Source of the DNA: a virus | Lineage: Duplodnaviria; Caudoviricetes | IMG/VR virus record: IMGVR_UViG_2862178590_000001 | Coordinates: 23,681-87,680 of that record | Direction: 5' to 3' (one strand) | Length of the DNA: 64,000 nt | Shown: positions 26,572 to 35,569 of the stretch, piece after piece | Layout of the letters: each line of letters begins with the position of its first letter | Position numbering within the stretch: position 1 is the stretch's first letter | Translations under genes and position numbers: made by a program | The notes under the pieces: model-generated | What the model saw: the letters and a program-made list of their open reading frames with translations, nothing else | Database searches by the model: none | What the model was told of the DNA's origin: nothing

Positions 26572-28607
26572 GAGGCCGCCTGCTCGACGATCTCCCGATC
26601 CCAGCCGCGGACCCGCCGGTCCCCGGCGTAGTCCCGCCGCGAAACGGCGTTGGCCACGAGACTGTCGAGCAGGCCCTGCAACTCGCCGCCGTCGGCTGCA
26701 ACACCGAACTCGACGATCACTGCGGTCGGGAGCCAGTCGGCTCCCTTGTCATCGAAGAGCTTGAGCAGCTGATGGAGGGTGATCGCGTCTTCCTTCATCG
26801 TTTCCCGCGCGAACTCGGCGAGCTGCTCGGTGAGCGACCGTCGCTGGCTGCCCGCCGTCAGGCCCTCGCCGGCTTCGAGGAGCGTGTCGGCGTCCAGCCG
26901 GTTGGCGCCCGCCTTAATTCGGGCGGGTACCGCTTCGAGGATCTGGTCGCGGGTGAAACCGTTGAAGCGGTGCCGGATGGCCCGGTTGAAGCCGCCGCCC
27001 ATGATGAACGACTGCCCGGCATCATTGACGATCTCTCCGACGGCGGGTTCGAGCCGGTCCGGCCGCCAGCCGACGGCGCCCTTGCCGGGGCCGAACAGGA
27101 GGCGGATGTCCTCGAAGCGGCAGGCCATGCCAATGCGGAACGGCACGATGCCGGCGATGGCGTCGCCGAGGGCATCCTCAGTGGCTTCCTGCCCGGCAAA
27201 GATCAGGTAGATGCCGTACTGCCGTCCCGTGCGCAGGAGCTGGATGGCTCGCTCCTTGCCGCGCGGTGACAGCTGGAGGAACTCGTCAATGAAGATGTAC
27301 AGGTGAGGGTGCTTGGCGCTGGCCTTCCACCGGTCACCCATCTTCAGACGGGCCATGACCTTGGACCGTGCGGTAACGAACTTCAGAGCCCGCTCCAGCG
27401 CCTCCTCGCAGGCCTTGGGGTCACGAGCCCGCAACTCCATGAGGTCGCCGAATTCGTCGAGGCCGCCCTTGAGGGGATCAAGGTCCCAGCACACGGCGTC
27501 GATGCAGGCGGTGAGGGCCTCAGCGACGGTACGCAGGGCGCCCAGAGTCTTGCCTGCACCCATGGCGCCGATGATGAGGGCGCAGAACCCGTCGAGGGTG
27601 AGCTCGAACGTCGAGCCGTCCATAGCCCGCCCCATGACGATGTTGTCGTGGACGGACAGCGAGTGGGGGGCATGGATGCTCGGGCGTGCCATGTCGGCGA
27701 ACGGGTCAGATTGGACGAGCCGCATCGTGAGGTGGGCGGCGCGCTGGGGGTCGGTCTCGAACATGGTGCCGCCCTGCGGGATGTCGAAGAGGGCGTCGAG
27801 GTCATCGAGGACAGCGCTGACCGCTGCGGGTTTGCTGGCGTTGAGGACGACGTCGAGTTCCCAGCCCCAGCCGCGGTATCCGAGAACCTGCACGCTGCGT
27901 GTGCCAATGCCCTTGTGGGCGAGCGCGCGGGAGACGCACTCTTCGACCTGGCCCGGCGACTGGCACATGGCGAGCGGGAACGGCTCGTCGGAGTCGGGGT
28001 TGTCGGGGTCGGCGATGATCTGCTCGGGCGCGATGCTGGGGCTGTTGAGCCGGTAGCGGCCGTACAGGGTGAGCAGCGTTCCGGCGACCAGGCCGGTGAA
28101 CGCGGGGGTGACGGTCCACGACCAGTCGAGGGCGGTCAGGCCGCCGAACTTGACGAGCGCCCACCAGCCGGCCAGATTCAGCGCGGCTGTGGCGCCGGCG
28201 GTCCAGCCGAGCGTCCACCAGCGCTTGCGGCGGACGATTTCGACCTTGTTCCAGTGCCCGGAGTTCGACATGCCGCCGAGGACTTCCTGGAGATCGTGGG
28301 CGCGGGCGTAGCGGTAGCCGAGGACGCAGGACGACTTCAGCCCGTGACCGAACCAGCCGGCCGCCATCCACGTGCCGCGGGCGGACAGGCCGAGCATCCG
28401 GCCCGTCACCGAGGCGACGACCATGGCCGCCCCGCCAGCCTGATACAGGACCGGGCGACGGTACGGACGGACCTCGATCACACCCGGGGCAATGTCGTCC
28501 TCAGGCTCGTCGGCATCCGCGGGTGCGGCGTCTACAACCTCGCCGGGGATCACCTTCGTCAGGTCCCAGTCGGCGGGGAGCTGCGGGCGGGCTTCGGTCG
28601 TCATCAC
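26550..28607 (-). CDS. traB: TraB-like FtsK/SpoIIIE DNA translocase
   Basis: N-terminal TM helices, Walker A GAMGAGKT, Walker B YIFIDEF, GRQYGIYLIFAGQ, RIGMAC motif, C-terminal wHTH-like tail. Confidence 0.88.
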   Translation of the reverse strand: MMTTEARPQLPADWDLTKVIPGEVVDAAPADADEPEDDIAPGVIEVRPYRRPVLYQAGGAAMVVASVTGRMLGLSARGTWMAAGWFGHGLKSSCVLGYRYARAHDLQEVLGGMSNSGHWNKVEIVRRKRWWTLGWTAGATAALNLAGWWALVKFGGLTALDWSWTVTPAFTGLVAGTLLTLYGRYRLNSPSIAPEQIIADPDNPDSDEPFPLAMCQSPGQVEECVSRALAHKGIGTRSVQVLGYRGWGWELDVVLNASKPAAVSAVLDDLDALFDIPQGGTMFETDPQRAAHLTMRLVQSDPFADMARPSIHAPHSLSVHDNIVMGRAMDGSTFELTLDGFCALIIGAMGAGKTLGALRTVAEALTACIDAVCWDLDPLKGGLDEFGDLMELRARDPKACEEALERALKFVTARSKVMARLKMGDRWKASAKHPHLYIFIDEFLQLSPRGKERAIQLLRTGRQYGIYLIFAGQEATEDALGDAIAGIVPFRIGMACRFEDIRLLFGPGKGAVGWRPDRLEPAVGEIVNDAGQSFIMGGGFNRAIRHRFNGFTRDQILEAVPARIKAGANRLDADTLLEAGEGLTAGSQRRSLTEQLAEFARETMKEDAITLHQLLKLFDDKGADWLPTAVIVEFGVAADGGELQGLLDSLVANAVSRRDYAGDRRVRGWDREIVEQAASVLIAPS

Positions 28608-29932
28608 TGGTCCTTCTGGCGGCTGTCGGCGGCTGCGTGGCGGGCGGTGATGGAGGCCTGCTTACGGGCGGCCTTCACGTACCTGGGGGTGTCGCCGCGG
28701 CTGCGTACACCGCGCACTTTCGGCCCCGTCCTGGGAGTGGGGGGCATTTGTGCAGCACGCTGCGTGTTCTTGACCTTGGCGGCGGTGTTCACGGTGGTGT
28801 TCTGGCGGGCCGCTTCGACCCGGGTTTCGGCGGCGTTGCGGGCCCGGATCACCTCGGCGGATTCGCCCGGGTCGGTGCCCTCGATGTCGCGGTGCGCGCG
28901 CCGCCAGACAGTCTCGGTGACGGTCGTCTCCCCGACCGCCGCGGCGAGCTTCAGGGCGTGCTCCCACACCTTCGGGAACTGCCGGGCGCGGGATTCGGCC
29001 AGCTGCTCTATGGCTTCGGCTGCGGCCTTGTCGGCGGCTTCCTTCTCGGCCTGGCTCCGCGCCTCCTCGGCAGCCTTGCGGACGGCCTCGGCGCGCTCAG
29101 TCTTCCGCTGCTCCCGCCGCTGCTTGCGGGTCGGGATGCCGTCGCGCTTCCGGATCCGGCCGTGCTCGTGGAGATCCCATACGCCGGGTCCGGCGATCGA
29201 CGCGAACGCGGTTCCGATCGCGGTGGCCGGGTCGAACGCGTTGAGGCCGTGCCACAGGTTGATGCCGGCCGCGATGAACGCGAACAGCCAGGCGATCAGC
29301 CGGTAGTGCCAGCACGCCCGGCGGGCGGCAGAAGCTGCAGCCGCACCCTTCTGGACGACCCAGGCGGCGCCTTCGAGCATGAGGGGGGCGGCCATCAGCC
29401 AGACGGCGTGCGGGTTGTAGAACGCGGCGATCTGCACGGGCAGGGCGACGATGGCGCACACGATGTAGAAGCCGCGGGCGTATCCGCGCCACTGCGACTC
29501 GGCCGCCTCGGACTCCATCGCGTCTTTGGCGTCGGCGGCCTCCTGTTCGGCGGCCTGCCGGGCTGCATCTTGGCGAGCCCGGTCGGCGTCCTCGCGGCGC
29601 CGGTTGTGGTCGGCGATCCGCGCGTCCGAGGCGGCTTCCTCCTCGCGGGCCTTGCGTTCGGCCCGGTCGTTGGCCAGCCGCAGCTTGCGGGCCTCCTCCT
29701 CCGCCCTGACGATCTCTGCCTGGGCGGCGGCTTCGGCGGCGATACGAATGGCTTCGGCGTCGGCCCACGCCTGGGCGCGGATCGCTTCGGCCTGGGCCTG
29801 TGCCACGACGTCCGGCAGGGGGGCCGTGTCGGGCTCGTCGGCAGGTTTCGGGTCGGTGGTGACGGCCCGCCAGTCCCCGAGTACGGGCATGGCCGGCCGC
29901 TGGTGGCCGTTCAGAGGCGGGCTGACAGTCAT
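28604..29932 (-). CDS. SpdB-like (DUF2637-type) membrane spread protein
   Basis: Coiled-coil N-terminus, four TM segments, basic C-terminus; stop overlaps traB start. Confidence 0.7.
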   Translation of the reverse strand: MTVSPPLNGHQRPAMPVLGDWRAVTTDPKPADEPDTAPLPDVVAQAQAEAIRAQAWADAEAIRIAAEAAAQAEIVRAEEEARKLRLANDRAERKAREEEAASDARIADHNRRREDADRARQDAARQAAEQEAADAKDAMESEAAESQWRGYARGFYIVCAIVALPVQIAAFYNPHAVWLMAAPLMLEGAAWVVQKGAAAASAARRACWHYRLIAWLFAFIAAGINLWHGLNAFDPATAIGTAFASIAGPGVWDLHEHGRIRKRDGIPTRKQRREQRKTERAEAVRKAAEEARSQAEKEAADKAAAEAIEQLAESRARQFPKVWEHALKLAAAVGETTVTETVWRRAHRDIEGTDPGESAEVIRARNAAETRVEAARQNTTVNTAAKVKNTQRAAQMPPTPRTGPKVRGVRSRGDTPRYVKAARKQASITARHAAADSRQKDQ

Positions 29933-29953
29933 GGCGCGCGGTGTCCTTCCGGT

Positions 29954-31243
29954 TCAGTGGTGGGTGTGGCGGCGTGCGGTGTGGCGGGCGTTGCTGCGGG
30001 TCAGGACCGTGCGGGTGATCACGAACGCGGAGATTGCGGCGGCGACGGCGAGGAGCCCGTTCGCGCCGAGGTGGGCTGCGCCGTGTCCGGCCAGGTAGCC
30101 GGTGGTGCAGGCGGTGATGAACGTCAGCAGGTCGACGACGCTGGACGTCCGGCGTGTGGCGGGCTGCCGGGCTGGCCGGTTCAACTGACGCCCCGGTACG
30201 CGGCGAAGGCGAGAGCGGCGAACGAAGCGAAGATCGCGAAGGCGGAGAACAGACGCATGACTTGGTCCTTACGGGCTGGGTGCGGGATGGTCAGTAGTGG
30301 TCGAGGTCGTTCGCGGCGCGGCGGGTCTTGGCGGCCCAGTCCTCGCAGACCTCGGCCTTCTCCGTCTCGCCCTTGGCACGGAACTCCTGGGCTTGGCGTT
30401 CGGCGTCGGCGGCGGCGTCGCGCTTGCCCTGCGGCGTGTCAAACGGGTCGGACGACTTGCGGCTGAACAGGCCCATGGCGGGCTCCCTCGGGTCAGGTGG
30501 TTTCGGTGGCCGGGCGGTCCCAGCCCTTGCGGAACTCGTTCATGAACTCGGCGGTGACCTGCGCCCCGACGACCGCGCCGAGCGGCGGCAGCCCGGTGCG
30601 TTCGGCGGCCCAGAACTCGATGCGCATCACCACCTCGGCGAGGTAGATGACGGCCGGCCGGGTGCAGCGGACCGCGAACGTGACCGCGCCGATCAGGACC
30701 ATCACGCTCATCGCGGCGAGGCGCACCGTCCACGCCCACCCGGCGGCGAGCAGTCGCTGCCATGCCGCAGGCTTCGCGGTGATCACATAGGCGTGCACGG
30801 TGAACCTCCCTCAGATCAGGCGTGCGGGTTGCGATGGAAACGCTGTCCTGGCCCCTCGCCGCCGGTACGGGGACCGGCAGTGAGGGCAGCCGTCAGCGGC
30901 CGTTGATCTCGGTGACTCGGGCGTGCTCGCCCCATCCGTCTCGGAGACGGACGACCGTGAAGTAGTTGCCGCCGACGTCCGTGATGCGGTGCGGCTCGCC
31001 CTTGTACTCGACGTCCGTGCCGACCTGGTCGACGTTCGGGTGCTTCGGGTTGGTGATCCGGTGCATGCGGTTCCCTTCTCGGTTCGGGCCGGACTGTCCG
31101 GCCGCCGCACCCCACACCCGGACGACGGTGTGGAGCACAGCGGGCGGACAGCGTCAGCGGGGGTCGGCGGCGAGCACGTAGACGGTGAAGGCGACCATGG
31201 CGACGATCCACAACATCGACGCGGCGATCAGGACGTAGACCAC
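29954..31243 (-). other. Small ORFs upstream of spdB-like gene (29954-30184, 30181-30258, 30291-30476, 30493-30798, 30893-31066, 31154-31243)
   Basis: Short ORFs, several hydrophobic, including MRLFSAFAIFASFAALAFAAYRGVS and MVYVLIAASMLWIVAMVAFTVYVLAADPR. Confidence 0.5.
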
Positions 31244-31246
31244 GGG

Positions 31247-31570
31247 TCACACCACCCCACCGTCGCCGGTCTTGACGAGCACCCCGGACGGGGACCGCCG
31301 GTAGACGCGGGCTGCGTTGGCGCGGAGCTTCGCCTCGACCGCCTCGCCCAGGTCGATGCCCGTCATCTCGGCGAGCCCGACGAGGTACAGCTGCACGTCG
31401 GCCAGCTCCGCACCGAAGCCGGGCAGGCCCTGGCGCCATGCCGTGAACGCTTCGCCGACCTCGGCGGTCAGCAGACCGAACTCCAGCGGCACGTCCGTGA
31501 CGTTGAAGCCCTTCGCGAGCTTGTTGTCCCAGGCCGCAGCCTGGATCTCCGGCAGCGTCAGCGCCATCAC
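31247..31570 (-). CDS. MazG-like nucleotide pyrophosphohydrolase
   Basis: LLTAEVGEAFTAW...GAELADVQLYL (ExxE...ExxD) motif. Confidence 0.85.
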   Translation of the reverse strand: MMALTLPEIQAAAWDNKLAKGFNVTDVPLEFGLLTAEVGEAFTAWRQGLPGFGAELADVQLYLVGLAEMTGIDLGEAVEAKLRANAARVYRRSPSGVLVKTGDGGVV

Positions 31571-32624
31571 GCCTCACCCCCGTCGTCGGCCAGGTCGTGA
31601 CTGCCGGGCTCGCACTCGTCGACCCAGCAGCGATGGACAGGGCAGACGTCCGGGTCCGGAGTGAACAGCCCGTGCCACGAGCCTTCCGGCCTCGTCGGCG
31701 CCAGGGTCGCGGCGGTCACGACTCGTCCCCGGGCTCGACGTCGGCGAGGACGTCTCCTCCGAAGAGGTGCAGCAGGCCGTCGGCCAAAACCTCCAGGCGG
31801 CCGTTCATCTTCGCCACCGCGCTGGCGTCGCCCGTGGGTTGCGCCTTGGACTCGGCCACAACTCCAGCCGCCCACAGGAGACATCGACGCTCGGCGTCCG
31901 TCAGATCGGGGCGGCTCATGACCTCTCACCGCCGCCGCGGAGGAGGGCCTCCGCCTCAGCCACGAGCTCGCCAGCGTCCACGGCGTGCGCCTCGGCACCC
32001 GCCTCCGCCGCCAACCGCAGCCGCTCCACATCCGCCTCAGTCAGGCGGACCGTGCCGACCAGATCCCCACCCGGAGTGAGGACGATCAGACGGACCGCCG
32101 TCCCCGTGTCGGGGCTCATCCCGCCCAGCGCCAACTGCAACTCGATCGCCCGCAGCGCATCGTGTCCCAGCCCGGCCATCACGCCTCCTCCTCACCGGAG
32201 GACGCCCGAAGCTGCGCGTCGAACAGCTCGGCCTCGACATCGACACAGTCACCGGACAAGATCCGCTGATAGACCTGCTCGCTCTCGGCGGACATACGGT
32301 CCTGGAAGTCAGCCATCACGCCACCTCGCTGTACTGCGCGCCGAACAGCTCGATCGCGTGCAGCTCGTCATACAGCGACGGCTCAACGGGGTGCGCCTTG
32401 TCGTAGCGGGAGGCCTCGTTGAGAAGCTGGATCTCAACGTCCCAGTCGCCGCGAGCCAGGGCGTACAACTCGATCAGCCGGGCACGGTAGGCGGAGTCAT
32501 CGGCGTCGAGCTCGGCCTTCGTCGGGGCCGGGGTGCCGAGGACGCGGCGCAGAGGCTCGCGGGATGCGGCGGTGGAGAGGGGGGTGTACTGGTGATCGCT
32601 ACCCGGGCGGAGAGTGATAGTCAT
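31567..32624 (-). other. Small hypothetical ORFs (31567-31719, 31716-31919, 31916-32182, 32179-32319, 32316-32624)
   Basis: Chain of ATGA/GTGA-overlapping ORFs. Confidence 0.55.
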
Positions 32625-33313
32625 GACCGGTCCTTCTTCCTTGCTTCGTAGCGGCTTTGAGCAGCGGCTCGGCAAGCACGGCAGTGCTTGTAGCCCTTCG
32701 GGTCTACGTAGGTGTTGAGGAGGTCGAGGGCGTGCCCCTTCGCGCAGGACTCGGCGCCGCGGTGGCGCCTTGGCGCGGTGGGCGCATCCAGGTCGATCGG
32801 TGCTTGCTGAAGAGGAGCACCAGTCGCAGCGGCGTACCGCTCGCGCCCCAGCGTTATGGCGCAAGTGCGGCAGCTACGGCCGCCATCAGGCGTCACCTGG
32901 ACGTTGCTGCCGGACAGCGGGTGTCCGCGCTTGCAGTGGGTCTTGTTCGCATTGATCGCAGCCGGAGCGATCGGGGAGCGCATGATGTTCTCGCGGCAGG
33001 TGACGGGCTCCAGGTGCTCCGGGTTGCAGCACGGCGGGTTACGGCAGAGGTGATCTGTGTGTAGCCCCTGCTCGATCGGGCCCGTCGTGATCATGTACAT
33101 CAGGCGGTGCGAATAGACCACCGTCCCCGCGAGCCTGTATCGCCCGTATCCCGTCGGGAATCGGCGACCGTTCCAGATCCAGCAACCGCTCGCGTCGAGC
33201 GAAACGAGCGACCACACGTGGTCGAACTGCTCCTGGGTCAGCTGCACTTCACGGCCGTCCGGGAGTCGCATGGGCTTCAGCGTCTTGAAGTTGGGCTTCG
33301 TCGGGGTGTTCAT
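32621..33313 (-). CDS. HNH endonuclease (homing-type) with C-terminal Zn-finger repeats
   Basis: CWIWNG...GYG...YSHRLMY...DHLCRNPPCCNPEHLE; KTHCKRGH and CAKGH repeats. Confidence 0.9.
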   Translation of the reverse strand: MNTPTKPNFKTLKPMRLPDGREVQLTQEQFDHVWSLVSLDASGCWIWNGRRFPTGYGRYRLAGTVVYSHRLMYMITTGPIEQGLHTDHLCRNPPCCNPEHLEPVTCRENIMRSPIAPAAINANKTHCKRGHPLSGSNVQVTPDGGRSCRTCAITLGRERYAAATGAPLQQAPIDLDAPTAPRRHRGAESCAKGHALDLLNTYVDPKGYKHCRACRAAAQSRYEARKKDRS

Positions 33314-33540
33314 CAGGCCACTTCACCCGCAGCAACCCGCGACTTGTGCAGGTACTCGACGACGGCGGACTCCGGGATGCGCAGTCCGCGCCGTCGCACC
33401 GACCCACCGCCGATGCGGTGGGCGCGCAGGTCCCCGTTGTCGATGAGTCTGTAGATCGTGGATACGTGAACGGTGAGGCGCCGCGCCAGTTGACCGGCAG
33501 TGTGGAACTGCTCTGCCTGCGGCGGTACTTCTTCGCACAT
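33313..33540 (-). CDS. Excisionase-family HTH protein
   Basis: HTAGQLARRLTVHVSTIYRLIDNGDLRAHRIG...LRIPESAV. Confidence 0.85.
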   Translation of the reverse strand: MCEEVPPQAEQFHTAGQLARRLTVHVSTIYRLIDNGDLRAHRIGGGSVRRRGLRIPESAVVEYLHKSRVAAGEVA

Positions 33541-33580
33541 GCGGGCTCCATCGGAAAGTGGGACCCGGTGGGTCGCCAAG

Positions 33581-33625
33581 TTCTACGTAGAAGCCAGTGA
33601 AGCCATGTTCTACGTAGAAGTCAAG
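33581..33625 (-). promoter_or_regulatory. Two TTCTACGTAGAA operators with TTGAC -35-like element
   Basis: Perfect palindromes at 33581-33592 and 33608-33619; minus-strand CTTGACTTCTACGTAGAAC. Confidence 0.8.
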
Positions 33626-33640
33626 CTCTCCCGAGGAACC

Positions 33641-33669
33641 AAAAAAGCCCCCACCGAAAGGTGGGGGCT
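33641..33669 (-). terminator. Rho-independent terminator of the GntR gene
   Basis: 10-bp stem AGCCCCCACC/GGTGGGGGCT followed by T6 on minus strand. Confidence 0.85.
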
Positions 33670-33683
33670 GCGGGCCGGAACTC

Positions 33684-34442
33684 CTAGGACTTGAAGGCGT
33701 ATTCAAGGATGTACTTGGCCGAGCTGAGGGTCATCTCATTGGTCTCAACGACCCGCCCCTCAGCGTCCATCGCATAGCGAGCGATGATCACAACAGGGGT
33801 TCCCGGGCCCAGCGCCAAGTCCTCAGCCTCTTGCGGCCGTGGCATCCGAACCCGAATCTCCTCTCGGAAGTCGACCGGCCCGTGCCCAACATCCGCAAGC
33901 CGCCCATAGATGCCGCCAGCTCCCGTATCCAACTCGGCGATGGGCGTCCCGGAGGCGAGGTCGGCCGGGATGTAAGAGACCGCCCTCATGACCGGCTCTC
34001 CGTCAACGCAGTAGCGCCGCGAGCGGCGCCAAGCCGTTGCACCCTCCTCAAGATCGAGGGCCGCAGCAACGAGGGCGGGCGGCTGGACCTCGTCAACCGA
34101 GAGGTCTTCAACGGTGCGCGGCCGATCCGGGGCGTCGATGTCCCACATCGAGACCCCGTCGCCCCAGACCTCGACCGAGAGCCGCTTCGTCGCATTGCGA
34201 CGAATGGGCATGAAGTCACGCACCACGGTGCCGACACCTTGTCTTGCTTCGGTCAGGCCTTCATTGGCGAGTTCGGCCAGCACCTTACGGGCCGTGTCGG
34301 CGGACACCTCCCAGCGCTTGGCGATCTCAGGCTCGCTCGGAACCTGATCACCGGGAGCGAGTGCGTGGCTGTAAATCTTCTCGCGCAGTTCACCAGCGAT
34401 GACCACGTGCTTGGCAGGCTTCCGCGGTGCCCGATCTGCCAC
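33684..34442 (-). CDS. KorSA-like GntR/UTRA repressor
   Basis: N-terminal wHTH (PSEPEIAKRWEVSADTARKVL...QGVGT) plus UTRA domain; GAGGAGGG RBS before GTG. Confidence 0.9.
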   Translation of the reverse strand: MADRAPRKPAKHVVIAGELREKIYSHALAPGDQVPSEPEIAKRWEVSADTARKVLAELANEGLTEARQGVGTVVRDFMPIRRNATKRLSVEVWGDGVSMWDIDAPDRPRTVEDLSVDEVQPPALVAAALDLEEGATAWRRSRRYCVDGEPVMRAVSYIPADLASGTPIAELDTGAGGIYGRLADVGHGPVDFREEIRVRMPRPQEAEDLALGPGTPVVIIARYAMDAEGRVVETNEMTLSSAKYILEYAFKS

Positions 34443-34460
34443 TTTCCCTCCTCGATCAAC

Positions 34461-34544
34461 TTCTACGTAGATCAGGCTAGTGCCCGCATGCGAATACAGC
34501 GAACATGGCGACTCTTGCAAGACTCCTTGACTTCTACGTAGAAC
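34461..34544. promoter_or_regulatory. Two further TTCTACGTAGA(A) operators in divergent promoter region
   Basis: 34461-34471 and 34532-34543; plus-strand CTTGACTTCTACGTAGAAC identical to the minus-strand copy at 33607-33625. Confidence 0.8.
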
Positions 34545-34600
34545 CTCGGGAGCCTGAGTGTGCACCGCTCGCTGAGTAAGCAGGGTGCATGTACAGCGAC

Positions 34601-34651
34601 GCCCGGACGGCTGTCACCGTCCGGGCGGACAACCAGCGGCTGTCACCGCTG
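34601..34651 (+). other. Twin hairpins with identical CTGTCA loops
   Basis: GCCCGGACGG-CTGTCA-CCGTCCGGGC and CAGCGG-CTGTCA-CCGCTG. Confidence 0.6.
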
Positions 34652-34691
34652 ATCAAGAGAGATCCCACCTGCGTGGAAGGAGCGCTCAGAT

Positions 34692-35147
34692 ATGAGCGTA
34701 GCAAGCGAGCACGCAAGCCCCCAGCCTGTCTCCACCCCGACGTCCCCCGCCTCGCGACTGGTCCCTGCTCTGGTCCACGGCCAGCGGATCTTTGTTGAAT
34801 GTCCGTCGTGGTGCATCGTCGATCACGTCAAGCTGCACACCGGCGCGGTCGAGGACATCACGCACTGGTCGGAGGGGGCGGGCATGCAGGTGTTGACGAT
34901 GCTCGATCCTCGGGCGGCGCATTCGGACCTGTTCGCCCGGGTCAATTCTGATCCTGCGCACGGCGATCCACGGATGCGGGCTGCGCATGTTCTGGTGGGC
35001 AACGAGTCGGCGGTGGACGCGTTCCTGACGCCGGACATGGCGGACGAGCTGGCGGCCGATCTGGTCGCGTTCGCTGCGGCGGTTCGTCGTGCGGCTCGGA
35101 CGGCGCGGCGGGCGAACGAGGCCAGCGGCGTGGAGGTGCCAGCATGA
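34692..35147 (+). CDS. DUF6907-like protein
   Basis: ECPSWCIVDH...DITHW motif; GGAG RBS. Confidence 0.7.
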   Translation: MSVASEHASPQPVSTPTSPASRLVPALVHGQRIFVECPSWCIVDHVKLHTGAVEDITHWSEGAGMQVLTMLDPRAAHSDLFARVNSDPAHGDPRMRAAHVLVGNESAVDAFLTPDMADELAADLVAFAAAVRRAARTARRANEASGVEVPA

Positions 35148-35314
35148 GCCAGCTGGTGATCGAGTCGTTCCCTGCGGGTGGTCCGCGTGGCTCCTGGCCT
35201 GCGGAGGAGTTCGCGCGTGATCGCCGCAAAGAGGGCGTCAAGGCCGAGGTCGTGATGGACATGGACGCCGATGCGTTCCTCGTCATCGTGCCGCAGCGGC
35301 GGGACGCTGGCTGA
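35144..35314 (+). CDS. Hypothetical protein (56 aa)
   Basis: ATGA overlap; MSQLVIESFPAGGPRGSWPAEEFA... Confidence 0.6.
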   Translation: MSQLVIESFPAGGPRGSWPAEEFARDRRKEGVKAEVVMDMDADAFLVIVPQRRDAG

Positions 35315-35403
35315 CGGCCCTGTCTCGTCCCCGGCCTGTCGTGGCTGGGGGTGTACGGCGGTGCGGGGTCGGCTCGTGCCGGGCTTCAAAAGCGGAGGTG
35401 GAC

Positions 35404-35484
35404 ATGCTCAGCAATTGTGATCACGAGTGGGTGCCGTGGAGTGGTCAGCCGCGGTGTCGTAAGTGTGGTGCGACGCAGGGCTGA
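35404..35484 (+). CDS. 26-aa Cys/His peptide MLSNCDHEWVPWSGQPRCRKCGATQG
   Basis: GGAGGTGG RBS directly upstream; precedes kinase gene. Confidence 0.5.
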   Translation: MLSNCDHEWVPWSGQPRCRKCGATQG

Positions 35485-35569
35485 TTGCTCTGGGTGAAGG
35501 GTGCGGGGTTGCTTGTGCGGTCCCGCACTGCTGTTGGAGCCTGTGGTCAGGATTGCCGGAAGGGGTGTC

